A stretch of DNA of 64,000 nucleotides from Octopus vulgaris (lineage: Eukaryota): assembly GCA_951406725.2 (NCBI GenBank), contig OX597815.1, positions 69,750,001 through 69,814,000 on the forward strand. Reading direction: 5' to 3'. Shown here piece after piece: positions 1 through 12,876 of this stretch (position 1 is the stretch's first letter; each line of letters starts with the position of its first letter). The translations under genes were made by a program, and so were the position numbers. The notes below the pieces were generated by a model. The model was given only the letters and a program-made list of their open reading frames with translations, did not search any database and was not told the origin of the DNA.

Positions 1-589
1 CAATCATTACCATACTTGTACAACCACCAACACCTTACAAACCACCATTGCTACAAGAACAATATTTTAACCACCTTCGGTAACGACTTCACCGACACTG
101 TCCCCACCATCTCTCATTATCTTCAGAATTTCCAACCATCTTCATCATTGTCCTCGTAGCGGTGTTGTTGTCACCATCTCCATCAGTTGTTTCCAATAAC
201 AACATCACCATCGCTCCTACTTTCCCCACTTCCCCCACTTCCCCCACTGCCACGACCATCACTCTCACTATCGGGAGCCATTAAGGGACCCACTGGGAAG
301 TCATTCTATGTTTTCAACCTCCTAGGTGGAAGCTAACGTGAGACTAAACATATTCATTCACAACTCACCCCAACACTCAAAAATATGTCAGTGAGGGAGC
401 CTCAGCAGTTTCACTGAGCCTCCTAGATGGGAATTAACATGACTCTAAATATTTTTCACATGTAACCAACAATCGCATTCACCAATATAAATATACCACA
501 CGACAAAATAATGCTGGAAACTACTGCCATCATTTCACCATTTACACTACACTTAGACGATAAAATTATGCAAACTGACTCGTTTTATT

Positions 590-801
590 TGTTTACTTGT
601 TTCAGTCATTTGACTGCGGCCATGCTGGAGCACCGCCTTAAAGGATGGCATTTTTAGTCGAAGAAATCGACCCTAAGACTTATTCTTTGTAATCCTAGTA
701 CGAATTCTATCGGTTTCTTTTGCCTAACCGCTAAGTTACGCGGTCGTGAACACACTAATATCGGTTGTCAAGTGATGGTGGAGGGTCAAACATAGACACA
801 A

Positions 802-833
<32 letters not shown>

Positions 834-969
834 GATGGGCTTCCTTCAGTTTCCGTCTACCAAATCCACTCACAAGGCTTTGGTCAACCTGAGTCTGTGG
901 TAGAAGACACTTGTCCAAGGTGCCACGCAGTGGGATTGAATCCGGAACCATGTGGTTGGGAAGCAAACT
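590..969 (-). mobile_element. tRNA-derived CORE-type SINE (family A), head truncated
   Basis: Reverse complement shows CCACATGGTTCCGGATTCAATCCC (B-box region), CACCTTGGACAAGTGTCTTCT (CORE-like), an internal microsatellite and the tail GGCGGTGCTCCAGCATGGCCGCAGTCAAATGACTGAAAC shared by >10 copies in the window. Confidence 0.85.
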
Positions 970-1265
970 TCGCATGTATTAACTTTGGCCAATACCAAGA
1001 ACCAGCACTCATTCAAATCCAATCAATCAAAATCAATTGCTTAGCGAAATCATAGGATCACCGAAAGAAACAAAACCTTCTCTCATTATCCTTTCCAATT
1101 GTCAGTCATTTTCAGTTCCTTTTTTAGTATCTTCGACGCTGTCCAGTAACTCCTAAATTTGCATCCATGATGAACCCGTAATTTTTAACTTTCCATGCAA
1201 AGTGGAATTGTTCGTATGATCTCTAGTAGGTCACAAAAGAAGTAAGAAACACTGTCCTGTACTAG

Positions 1266-1520
1266 GTGGAGTCGTGTGGCTTAGTGCTTAGGGACGTTGC
1301 ACGTATGATCGTAAGATTGCAGTTTCGATTCCTGGACCGAGTAATGAGCTGTGTTCTTGGGCAAAACATATTTTACAGTGCTCTAGTTCACTTCACGTAG
1401 CAAAAATGAATAATTCTGCGACGGACCGGCATCCCGTTCAGGTGTGGGTAGAATATATCTATATCTGCCACAGAATCCTGAAACCGGCCTTATGAGTTAT
1501 GGCCCGGGCACGACCTTTGA
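1266..1520 (+). mobile_element. tRNA-derived SINE (family B, diverged)
   Basis: A-box TGGCTTAGTG and B-box-like TTTCGATTCC; similar to copies at 34309 and 50770. Confidence 0.7.
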
Positions 1521-1667
1521 CCTTTTTTTGGTGGTTTGGGGTTGCATTTATAACCTGATATAAATGGATGCATTTATAACCTGATATAAATGCAAAGAGT
1601 ATCAACTGTTGTATTTCATCCGAGTCCATCTTGCCCACCCGTTTGCGGTTGCCACTATAACATCAGT

Positions 1668-1781
<114 letters not shown>

Positions 1782-3072
1782 ACTGCAGTCAACTTTGATA
1801 AAATAAGCATTTGATGTATCAGCATGCCGAATGCTATATTTACATACCGAATTCTACCAGTAAATAATTGGGTTTAGAGAGCTTCAACAGAGTCACTCAG
1901 CCTCCTAAAATATAACTACAACCAAATCTCTCTCAAATCCCGCCTCGATGCTTAAAAACCAGAATGAGACATTGGATAATGTAACCCTACATATACTGTG
2001 GTTCAAACATCCCCATTTCCACCAATATCACCATCACCACCAATGTTACCCCCCGCCCCCTACTACTGACTTAACCCTATATTTTCCACTTCACCCTATA
2101 TTTTCCAACCGTCTTCTTTGCTTTGTTGTCTACTTATTCAAAACAGAAGCGACAACACCACAGTCACCTTCTCTCTCTTCTCTCTCTCCCTCCCTTTTCT
2201 CTCTCTCCTTCCCTCTCTCTCCTTCCCTCTCTCTTTCTCTCGCTCCCTTCTCTCTCTCCCTCCCTTTTCTCTCTCTCTCCCCTCCCTCTTTCTCTCGCTC
2301 CCTTCTCTCTCTCTTTCGCTTTCATTCACTCCTTGACGAAGGACTAAGATCCGAGACGTCAAACTGTTCACTCATCACGGCAACTGAACTTATCAAACTC
2401 TCCTATTCACTTTCGTTGATATAGGCCATAATTATTTTGATAGGATAACATAACATATCGTAAGACATGTCTAAGAGTGCTACACAACTTAGAGTGTCCT
2501 TCATTGTTTCAACAGTCAGGTATGTAGTAGTACTACTACTAGTAATAGTAGTGTAGAATGTAGTTCCGGGCGGTTTTAAAACTGATTTTAATCTCAGTTT
2601 CAAACCAGAAATTTTACGAGTACGATAAGGAAGGAACTAATCAATTATTAAATTCACTGACTGGTACTTTATTTTATAACCCAACCCCCCCAGAAAGGCA
2701 AAGTTAATTTCAGTACATAGCGAACCGAAAAAAATACCGCAAGATATTTTTGTTTTCTAACAATCTGATGGTTCTGTGCGTTGCTACCAAATTTCATGGG
2801 CACCATTGCTACGGCGTCACTGTTGCCAATGACAACGGAAGCCACTAATAACGAGATACAATAAAGCAACTGGTGTTCATGGAGGAAGAACAGGGAAGAA
2901 ATGGCGATGGGTAGAGATGGAAAAACAGAGAAACGAGTAGGAGCAAAAGAATTCAGTATTTAATTCTCTCTCTCTCATTCACTCTATTTGTTTATTTCGC
3001 TCTTTGTCTCCCTCTCTCAAGCACTCTATCTGTTTATCTCTCTCTCTCTCTAGATATGTGTGTGTGTGTGTA

Positions 3073-4170
3073 AAATTAATACCGATCACAAAAGTGACGA
3101 AAGGTACTGACTAGCACCTCTTATGCTAATTATATTTATTTATGCGCCCTTTTCAAGTCTAGCCAGACTCATGGGCCCGGTTTCCCGGTTTCTGTGGCGT
3201 ATGTATTCTCCCCAGCGTTACCCAAGAAACAGGAAGAAAGAGAGAAAGTTGGGGCGAAAGAGTACAACAGGGGTCACCACCACCCCCTGCCGCAGCCTCG
3301 TGGAGCTTTAGGTGTTTTCGCTCAATAAACACACACAACGCCCAGTCTGGGAATCGAAACCGCGATCCTCCGACCGCGAGTCCGCTGCCCTAACCACTGG
3401 GCCATTGCGCCTCCACTCAAACGCTAATATAAGAGTTAAATTAACTCCAAAGCTACTAAAGCACTATACTTAATGACTGAGAAAGGGAGGTAAGTCTCTA
3501 GCGTATATAGCCGTGTCACGATTTTAAATTAGGGTGTAGACCACCTTAATTCTCATCATTAATTCTCTTAACGTTAGGGTTAAACTCAACTTCCGTAGTC
3601 AATCTTATAAGAAAAACCGTTGAAAACATGTGCTGATTTTCAAAACAGTAAAAGTGTAACCAACAAATTAAAAGTGTAGCTTATTGGCAATTAAAACCTA
3701 AAGGCAAAATTTATAGAGGTCACAAAAGTAACGAAGGGTAGTGACTAGCACACGGCTGTACACCTCCCTCTGTCAGTCATTAAGTATAGTGCTTTAGTAG
3801 TTTTGGAGTTAATCTAACTTTTATTTTAGCATAAGAGGTGCTAGTCAGTACCCGCTGTCACTTTTGTAACCTCTATTAATTTTTCCTTTACGTTATAATT
3901 GCTCATTAGCGACCCTTTTAATTTGTTGGTTACACATTTACAGCTTTAAAAATCAGCACGTTTTCAACGGTTATTCTTATAAGATTGACGAAAGAAGTTG
4001 AGCTTAATCCTAGACAATAAGAGCCGCGGATGAGAATTAAGGTGGTCTACACCAAAATTCGAAATCGCGATACGCTAGGAACTTACCTAGCTTTGTCATT
4101 CATTACGTATAGCGCTTTAGTGACATCTATTAACTTTGCCTTTAGGTTCTAATTACTAATAAGCCACCCT
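3073..4170. repeat. ~310-345 bp unit repeat with fold-back inversion near 3750 and a nested SINE
   Basis: Unit motif CACAAAAGT(G/A)ACG...TGACTAGCAC recurs at 3087 and 3721; 3750-4170 is the reverse complement of the unit; homologous to 6195-6912. Confidence 0.8.
3145..3416 (-). mobile_element. tRNA(Arg)-like SINE (family B)
   Basis: Reverse complement begins GGAGGCGCAATGGCCCAGTGGTTAGGGCAGCGGACTCGCGGTCGGAGGATCGCGGTTTCGATTCCCAGAC; GCTAAT on both sides is a probable TSD. Confidence 0.85.
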
Positions 4171-4417
4171 TATATATATATATAAGAACTGCATTAGGTA
4201 TGATTAGTGTAATTTTGGTAGTAATGACTTATGTCCCTCTTAGTGTGAGGCATTTATGTATAATAATGCCCTCTATACAATATAAATATAATTAATATGT
4301 TCAAAAGGAAAAAAATTATTTTCGAATTCTTTTCTCTTATGAGGTTTTTCACGCTAACTACCTGATAATTTCTTGTTAAGATTCCTTATTAAGAAGTTAT
4401 CCTTAATTGTTAAATTT

Positions 4418-4471
<54 letters not shown>

Positions 4472-4922
4472 TTATATATATGTATGTATAATATCATATA
4501 TAGGCGAAGGAGTGGTTGTTAATGTTATTCTTTGCACTAAGCAAGTCGCACACTATTTTGTAGCTGTGAATTATTGCCAAAAAGAGCTCAACTGTAAGGT
4601 AAGGCTTTTGATTTTGGGCCCAATGGGGGTTTGTTGTTGGTGTGTAATATTTTTTCCAGGCAAGAGATGCTTACTGGATTCTAGACATTTGTCGGCTTGC
4701 AGTTGAGCATTATTGTTCACTTAAGGTGGATTTTTGTCACCAACTTTTGGTGAAATTTGTGGAAGCTGTGTTCTAGTTGCTGTGTTGCTGTTACTATTGG
4801 ATGTACCAGTTGGCCTGGAGTACCTAGTGGCCGGAAAATTTGTGTCTGCAGTGTTCTTGAACTGTTTTCTTTCCTTATATCTTTTTTTTATGACTTTCAT
4901 TGAACTTTTTTCTTCCAAGAAC

Positions 4923-5207
4923 ATGGCGAAGAAACAAGACACTGTGTTGGAGTGGGAAATTGTCCCACGTAAACAGTGGATAAAAAGTCTTGAGGAGAGG
5001 ACGGTGGTGTTGGGAACGTATTCCAAGTCGCTCGACATCGTCGCCTTCTTTAAAAAGATCGATATTGAGAGAGTTGGCGAAATACATGCCAACTATAAAA
5101 TTTATTTCCAGGGGTGTCAAATACGCGACGGTGTGGTTGCTATTTGACACTCTTGAAGAGGCTCGCAATTTTGCAAGTCAGCCCTTAGAAGACTTTGTGT
5201 CCCGATG
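4923..5207 (+). pseudogene. Frameshifted N-terminal fragment resembling a non-LTR retrotransposon ORF1 (RRM-like)
   Basis: MAKKQDTVLEWEIVPRKQWIKSLEERTVVLGTYSKSLDIVAFFKKIDIE then, after a frameshift, ELAKYMPTIKFISRGVKYATVWLLFDTLEEARNFASQPL; the F-x-T-x-EEA motif is RRM-like. Confidence 0.45.
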
Positions 5208-5420
5208 AACTATAGTAAGAGGTTTATAGCCTCAATTGGTTTTATAAAAGAGGTAAAAAGAACAATGTTCTTGAAAAGCATCGATCGGCGGGCGTCGATT
5301 GCTTCTCTCATCAATATCATAATTTTGCTCATCATTTATTTCATTTGTGTTTTTGTCCAGCCCGCACTTGCTACTTGCACTTATCTTTGTAATGCCTTTA
5401 TGGCAAATTTTATGAAATAA

Positions 5421-5819
5421 AGTAGCTTGCTTACGAACCACATGTTTCCGGGTTCAGTCCCACTGCGTGGCACCTTGGGCAAGTGTCTTCTACTATAGCC
5501 TCAGGCCGACCAAACCATCGTGAGTGGATTTGGTAGACGGAAACTGAAAGAAGCCCGTCGTAGATATGCATATATATGTGTGTGTGTATGCGTCTCTATG
5601 TTTGTATTTGTCCCCCCCCCCCCCCCAAACCGCTTGAGAACCGATGCTGGTGTGTTTACGTCCCCGCAACTTAGCGGTTCGGCAAAAGAGCCTGATAGAA
5701 TAAGTACTAGGCTTACAAAGAATAAGTCCTGGGGTCAATTTGCTCGACTAAAGGCGGTGCTCCAGCATGGCCACAGTCAAATGACTGAAACAAATAAAAG
5801 AGTAAAAAGAGAGTAAAGA
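5421..5819 (+). mobile_element. CORE-type SINE (family A)
   Basis: CCGGGTTCAGTCCCACTGCGTGGCACCTTGGGCAAGTGTCTTCT through the tail GGCGGTGCTCCAGCATGGCCACAGTCAAATGACTGAAAC. Confidence 0.9.
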
Positions 5820-5924
5820 GTATATATATATGTATAAATTTATACATATATGTATGTATATATATTTATACACATGCATATGTATGTATATAACAAATAT
5901 ATACATACATATATATATTTTTGT

Positions 5925-6140
5925 GTGTCTGTGTTTATCCCCCACCACCACCACCACAACCACCACTTGACAACCGATGTCGTTTATGTCCCGTAACTTA
6001 GCTATTCAGTAAAAGACTAATAGAAGTACTAAGCTCAGAAAGAATAGGTCCTGGGGTCCATGTGTTCGACTAAAACCCTTTAAGGCGGAGCTTCAGCATG
6101 CCAACAGTCAAATGACTGAAACAAATAAAAATAAAAGTAT
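5925..6140 (+). mobile_element. 3' half of family A SINE
   Basis: CTTGACAACCGATG through CAGTCAAATGACTGAAACAAATAAAA. Confidence 0.8.
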
Positions 6141-6194
6141 ACAAGAATATGCACACACACTTATGCATACGTACATAAATATAAATTAAAAAGC

Positions 6195-6912
6195 GTAACT
6201 TAAAAGCCACAAAATCATTGTCTTAATGGCTGACGAAGGTAAGTCTCTAGTGTACCGAGATTTTGGATTTTGATGTAGACCATCTTAATCCTCATTGCGG
6301 CTCTTAACGCATAGGCTTAACCTCACCTCATAAGAATTCCGTTGAAAACGTATGCTGGTTTTTAAAACGGTAAAAGTGTAAACAACAAATTAAAGGGTGT
6401 GGCTTATTAGCAATTAGAACCTAAAGGCAAAATTAATAGAGGTCACAAAAGTAAACAGAGGGTACTGACTAGCATCGCTTTTGCTAAAGATAAGAGTTAA
6501 ACTAACTCAAAACCAATACTGCACTGTCTTAAGTGACTCACAAAGGGAGGTAAGTCCCCAGCGTACATAGCCGGATCGCGAATTCGGATTTTGATGTAAA
6601 ACATCTTAATACTCATCAGCAGCTATTAACGCCTAGGGTTAAATTCACCCATCTCTGTCAGTCTTATAAGAAAAGCCCTTGAAAATGTGTGTTGATTTTC
6701 AAAGCGGTTTTCTTATAAGACTAACAGAGATAGGTGAGTTTAACCCTAGGCGTTAAGAGCCACTGATGAGGATTAAGATGTTTTACATCAAAATCCGAAA
6801 TCGCGATCCGGCTTTGTCAATCATTACGACAGTGATATTGTGGCTTTTGAGTTAGTTTCGTTCTTATCTTTAGCAAAAGCGGTGCTACCCAGTACACTCT
6901 GTCACTTTTGAG
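6195..6912. repeat. Second locus of the ~310-345 bp unit: about 1.6 tandem units then fold-back near 6690
   Basis: GGTAAGTC at 6238 and 6549; about 6450-6680 pairs with 6705-6910 as an inverted repeat. Confidence 0.8.
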
Positions 6913-6920
6913 ATGTACAT

Positions 6921-6953
<33 letters not shown>

Positions 6954-7077
6954 TGTGTGTATGCATGTGCATATATATTTATGTGCATACATAAAAATGT
7001 ATATACACATTTGTATATACATACATATATACATGTATATATATGCATATATATATATGTGTGTATATATATGTGTG

Positions 7078-7119
<42 letters not shown>

Positions 7120-7121
<2 letters not shown>

Positions 7122-7510
7122 CGCGGGTGTTGCTGTGTGCTGTGTGGTAAGAAGCTTGCTTCCCAACCACATGGTTCCGGCTTCTGTCCCACTACGTGGC
7201 ACCTTGGGCAAGTGTCTTCTACTATATCCTCGAGCCGACCAAAGCCTTGTGATTCGATTTAGTAGGCGGAAACTGTAAGAAATATGTATATATGCGTGTC
7301 CGTGTTTGTCCCGCCCCACACCATCGCTTGTCAACCGATCTTGGTGTGTTTACGTTCCCGTAACTTAACGGTTCAGCAGAAGAGCTGGATAGAATAAGTA
7401 CTAGGTTTACAAAGGATAAGTCCTGAGGTCGATTTGTTTGACTAAAGGCGGTGCTCTAGCATGACCCCAGTCAAATGACTGAAACAAGTAAAAGAATAAA
7501 AGAATAAAAT
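7120..7510 (+). mobile_element. CORE-type SINE (family A), near full length
   Basis: Head GGCGCGGGTGTTGCTGTG...TGGTAAGAAGCTTGC, CORE-like segment and tail; follows (TA)n. Confidence 0.9.
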
Positions 7511-8143
7511 AATATACACACATACTTAATATACAAATATACACACATACATAATATACGAATATACACACATACATAATATACAAAAGCCGCGCGCGCA
7601 CACACTCACACACAAGCACAAACGAAGGAATCTATGCATAATGCATGTATCCATCGCTGGAACGTATAATGCAATATACATATATTTATTTGAATTATGA
7701 AATATACGCACATACATTATGCACGTTCATACTAGCACACGCATTCACATATACACTCTTATACACGCAGTTTACAAATATATATCCGTCAATATGGCTA
7801 CCTGATATCTTCTTCTAATTCAAAGAATGTATTCGTTGGTGTTTGCATACAATAGAGAGAAAGTAGGGTGAGAGGGAGAAACTTAGAGAGAGAGAAAGAT
7901 CGAATGAGAATGTGAGGTGGGTGAGAACTGAGAGGAAGAAAGAGACAAGAAGAGAAAGGAGAAAGAACGTGAATGTGTTTATGTTTGTATGTGTTCGTGT
8001 GATTAAGAACGGCATTACCTGAAGACAAGCGCAGATAAATTTTATGAAATATTTATGTATGTTGAAGTTCTACGCATATAGTATGTGCGGTTGAATGCAT
8101 ATATATGCAAATATAAACAGACACACACACACACACAACCACA

Positions 8144-8188
<45 letters not shown>

Positions 8189-8350
8189 CCACACTCACAC
8201 ACATACATTCACATACGTGAAGCCAGGTGCAGACGAATTTTATGAAATACAGATTTTTTTAATCTCAACACAAAATATATATTCAGTTAAAGTTCATGTA
8301 AATGTGTATAAGTATATATACATGTATATCATATATCATATATACATATA

Positions 8351-8383
<33 letters not shown>

Positions 8384-8557
8384 ACAGATATATGTGTGTG
8401 TGCATGTATGCATGTATGTATGTATACACTGGCGCAGGCACACGTAAACACACACACACACACACACAGAAAAAGAGAGAGAGAGGATGGCCATCCGTGT
8501 TTCATACTCAGAAAGACATACTACTGTGGTTTTTGTTTGAGATAAAATCTTTTTATA

Positions 8558-9329
8558 CGAGGTCTGATCAATAAGTATCCGGACTGTTGCTATAGTAACG
8601 AAGCACAGTGAAGCTGCTCGGCACAGATTGGCCTTGAACTCTGCTGTGCATGCGCACCAAGTTTTAACTTTCTGGTTCACTTCCGCTGTTTACAGCAGTG
8701 GAAGGAAGGAAGGTGTGCAGCGTGTGGTCGTCGTATTGACTGTGACAGAGAAAGTTTTCATGGCGATACCTGCTCATAGGCCCGCGCAAAGTTGCAGAAA
8801 GTGTATGAGGCACACACAAGTGTACAGGCGGTTCAGAAGTTTCCAAGATGGCGGAAAAATGTCGATATTGACGAACGTTCTCGGAGCCCACAACCAGCAG
8901 AACTGAGAAAAACATTGCAGATATGCGTGCAGTTGTGAAGAGAAATTGTCGAATCCCCATCCGTAAATTATCAGGAAATATGCAGATTAGTTACGATTCA
9001 GTTCAATCCATTATCACTGAAGATTTGGGTATGAGACGCATGTCTGCTAAGTTCGTGTTAAAACTGCTTTCAGCTAACCAAAAAGATACTCGGGTTTCAG
9101 TTGCACAAGATCTCATTGATTGTGTTGAGAACGATGAAAATTTTGCGTAGGCCTCTGAGTAGGTATTACCAAGCTTGTGGCAAAATTTGAAGCAGATTCT
9201 CTGCTCAACTTTCTCTGTCATTGTCAATGCGACGATCACACGCTTAGTGCGCATGCACAGCAGAGTTCAAAGTCAATCTGTGCTAAGCTGCTTCACTCTG
9301 CGCGCTTTAGCTTCTTTGTTATAGTAATC
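8558..9329 (+). mobile_element. Mariner (Tc1/mariner) derivative with degraded N-terminal transposase and an inverted copy of its 5' end
   Basis: TA|CGAGGTCTGATCAATAAGTATCCGGAC left end; + strand encodes VKRNCRIPIRKLSGNMQISYDSVQSIITEDLGMRRMSAKFVLKLLS (HTH plus WVPHEL-equivalent); - strand 9148-9222 encodes MTEKVEQRICFKFCHKLGNTYSEAYAK. Confidence 0.85.
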
Positions 9330-10344
9330 AAACAAGTTGTTTTAAAAACATAATATTTATTGAAGCAATGCGAACATAGCAGTGACTGCATTGACTGAGA
9401 TTCGTTTCTTTCTTCTAAGAGCTCATCAATAACGTGTACCCATTTCTCATAGGCTTGAACGAAATTCATGCTTCGATATATAAGAAACAGTAAATGCATT
9501 CACTAATTTTGAGGAATGCTTTCCGGGCTGTGCAAGACTCGGTAAACACAATTGAAACAACATCAAATCAAAACGGCCATCTGTGTATCATGTTAGATGT
9601 ATATGCATCATTGAAAGGCATGTTGCTGGGGTTTAGGCTAAGAGAAAATCTCTTATGAACATGTTTTAACAACACAATATTGAAGCGGAACGCGTCGCAG
9701 CAGTGACTTATAGGAATGTTAGATACGAAAGAACTAGACACGGTCGACATTTTTGCTGGTGTCGTTCTGAAGGCCAAGAGACCAGGGGTTCGTGACATTA
9801 AGAAATAAGTTACCGGTAGTGATGACAAAGAGGTAGCTGATACTCTAAGTGGTAAACGAATGAGGCTGTCAACTGATAATGAACAAGAAAAGCGCAATAA
9901 AATAATTACTTCTTCAATGGATGTGAGTTGTTTTGGTAAAGCCGTTTTGGCGACATCTATTTGGCGCTGCTAATTCATTGCTAGCTTTTTTGATGTTACA
10001 CGTTGTAATGTTGGTCTCATTCTCCCCCAACTCTCTCCTTCTCTCGCTCTTTTTCTCTTCCTTTTCCTCTTTTTTCTCCCCCTCTCTCTCTCTCTTTCTG
10101 TTTATGCGTGTGAGCATCTTTCTTTATATGTATGAGGAGAGGAAAGTGTTTATGTCAGCCATGTCCAATTGATAAATTGCAATCTCTCTGTCTGTCTGTC
10201 TCTCTCTCTATCTATCTCCCTCTCTTTCACTCTCGTTCATTCACTCTATCTGTATATTTTTATGTGCATATTTCTGCGCATGTGTGTAATTGCCTCGAGC
10301 ACCAAAAATGTATGGTTGTCAAAACAGATTGATTTCCCACTCAC

Positions 10345-10437
10345 CAGTGCCAAATAGCCAGCGTCCAATCAGCTGTGCCAAAAATCCTTCAAAGATTCAC
10401 CTCGGCTCCTATATGGAGAGTTGGATCTTCCATTAAC
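10345..10437 (-). other. Candidate internal exon (93 bp) of an unidentified host gene
   Basis: Acceptor TTTTTTTCTGTATTAAG| and donor CTG|GTGAGT flank a non-repetitive, higher-GC segment; all three frames contain a stop. Confidence 0.45.
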
Positions 10438-11142
10438 CTTAATACAGAAAAAAACCCCGTTTGTCCTGAATAAGCACTGTTGAAAATGGGGTACGCTTAA
10501 TACGTCCGGCAGTTTTTTATGCCTTTAAAATACGGTAAGGGAACAGACCAAGAAAACAAAGAAAAAATTGTGTTGAGTTTAAAATGCAGAAAAATTTGAA
10601 CTAGTTACTCAATGATTCACTTGGCAATTTTTTTTTGCCTCCCTCACTACAGAAGCAATACATGTATCAGAGATACAATTATCAACGACACTGATTCTAT
10701 AGAATTCACAGAAATATCTATCTTGTACCAATCTACATCTGTGTTCTTGAAAAAAGTATTTTCGTTGGATGTGATCTAGAATAGAAAGAAAATATGCCGT
10801 GTTTCCGAATTAGATGGAATAACTTTACTATACTAAAAATTTAATGGGCACGAAGAGAAAGAGAGAAAGCGAGAGAAAGAGAGAAAGAGTGGGAGAGAGG
10901 GGGAGGAAAGGGAGAGAGAGAGCGATGTGAAGATGGAGAGTGAAACGAAGAGAAGAGATGTAATTAATAATTTGATAAAGAAGATAGTGATTAGTTAAAT
11001 TTGTTAATTAGATAGATCTGGTTGGTAGTTAGTGGAGTAGGTGGGCATATAAGATAGAATCAAGTTATCAATCATAGTTTCATATACATGTGTGTGTGTA
11101 TTGTGTGTATGGATGTATATATATACATATATTCATATACAT

Positions 11143-11222
<80 letters not shown>

Positions 11223-11305
11223 TGAGCGAGAGGAGAGAGAGGCGGGACAGGCTGTGAAATAATCAATAGTTGATGGGTACTGAGTAGAGAAATAGGAAGT
11301 CACAA

Positions 11306-11348
<43 letters not shown>

Positions 11349-11663
11349 AGAAAGAGAGTGGGTACAGAAAAGTGTTGAGAGGAAAAGGAAAAGAAAGTGA
11401 AGCGAGTGAGAGAGAAAAGGAAAGACGTGATAGGAGAAGATTGAGGTAAACGCGAAAGAATGTATGTTTCCCTGGAAAGGGAAGGCAACTTGATGTAATA
11501 CGTGTTATGAAAGTTTAATTTACATTAATAAACTGATATAGGTGGGGCTTTATATATCCTTGTGCGAAAAATTCCATCTACACTGAGTTAATAAAACGTG
11601 TGCATGCATGTGTTGCGAGTATATATATAATTTGTATGTATATACATATATATATTATATATG

Positions 11664-11710
<47 letters not shown>

Positions 11711-11712
<2 letters not shown>

Positions 11713-12088
11713 GCGCTATGGCCCAGTGGTTACGGCAGTGGACTCGCGCTCGTAGGATCGCGGTTTCGATTCCAAGACCGGGCGTTGTGAGTACTTATAG
11801 AGCGAAAACACATAAAGCTCCACGAGGCTACGCCGGGGGGGGGGAGCGAACCCTGCTCTACTCTTACATCACAACTTTCTTTCACTCTTTCTTCCTGTTT
11901 CTGTTGTACCTGTATTTCAAAGGGTCGCTCTTGTCATATTATGTGTCACGCTGAATATCCCCGAGAACTACGTTAGGGGTATACGTGTCTGTAGAGTGTT
12001 CAGCCACTTACACGTTAATTTCACGAGCAGGCTGTTCCGTTGATCGGATCAACTGGAACTCTCGCCGTCGTAACCGACGGAGTGCCAC
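11711..12088 (+). mobile_element. tRNA(Arg)-like SINE (family B), full length
   Basis: AGGCGCTATGGCCCAGTGGTTACGGCAGTGGACTCGCG...GGTTTCGATTCC to the 3' end CGTCGTAACCGACGGAGTGCCAC; matches 52118-52462. Confidence 0.9.
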
Positions 12089-12458
12089 ATATATATTGTT
12101 TAGTTGTTTGTAAGTACTGATATAAAATGGCTTTTCGATTTGGAAAATCTTACAACGAAAGAGATAAAGACTGAGAATTGCCTGACACGCCACTCATCCA
12201 ATGACTTAATTAATTATTTATAAGAATATATATTTATGAAGTAGCAACACATTTAAAATTTTTTATTTTCTTAATAAATAAATATGGCAGCTGACAAACA
12301 TGGTGGCGCTTCAGAAAAATTTTTTTATTTGTTTATTTATTGCCTTTCATTTTTTGGTGGTCGATTAAATAGTGTACCAGTTAAGTCCTGAGGTCAATAT
12401 AATCGACTTAACTCTACCTTCGAAATTTCTAGCCATGACCCAAAATTTGAAACCATTA

Positions 12459-12837
12459 TTACCTCCGCCTTCGCTAAGGTGGAGGTATTGTTTTCAGTCG
12501 TGTTTGTTTGTTTATCTGTGGACAAGATATCTCAAGAACCGCTTGATGGATTCGGATGAAACTTTCAGGGATGTTTAGCCTCGTGACAGGCACGAACTGA
12601 TTAGATTTCGGGGTCGATCCGGTACCGGACAACGATTCTAGTTTATTTTTCTTGTTTTTTTTTTTTTTTGTTTTTACTTAATTTTTGAGAGTGGTCAGGT
12701 TCATTTTTAGTATTTGCATTTGTGAGAGCAGTCGAGCTTATTTCAGATATTCTCATTTTAAAAATCAGCTCTGGCTAATCGTTGAGAGGATGATGATGTT
12801 GCTTTGGCGGAGGTTTGCGCTCTCGGAATGCTCTTGT
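12459..12837 (+). mobile_element. Helentron-associated non-autonomous element (HINE/DINE-1-like)
   Basis: 5' TTACCTCCGCC with partial inverted repeat GGTGGAGGTA, (GTTT)n tract, 3' subterminal inverted repeat GGCGGAGGT followed by short hairpin GCGCTCTCGGAATGC; T-rich flanks. Confidence 0.75.
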
Positions 12838-12876
12838 TATTATTATAATAATAGTTGTTGTTGCTGTCGTCGTTAA

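Noticed and set aside
6229-6262. Hammerhead-like CTGACGA-A-GGTA...TACC-GAGA in the ~340-bp unit
   Set aside because: No stem I or III, and not conserved in the other unit copies
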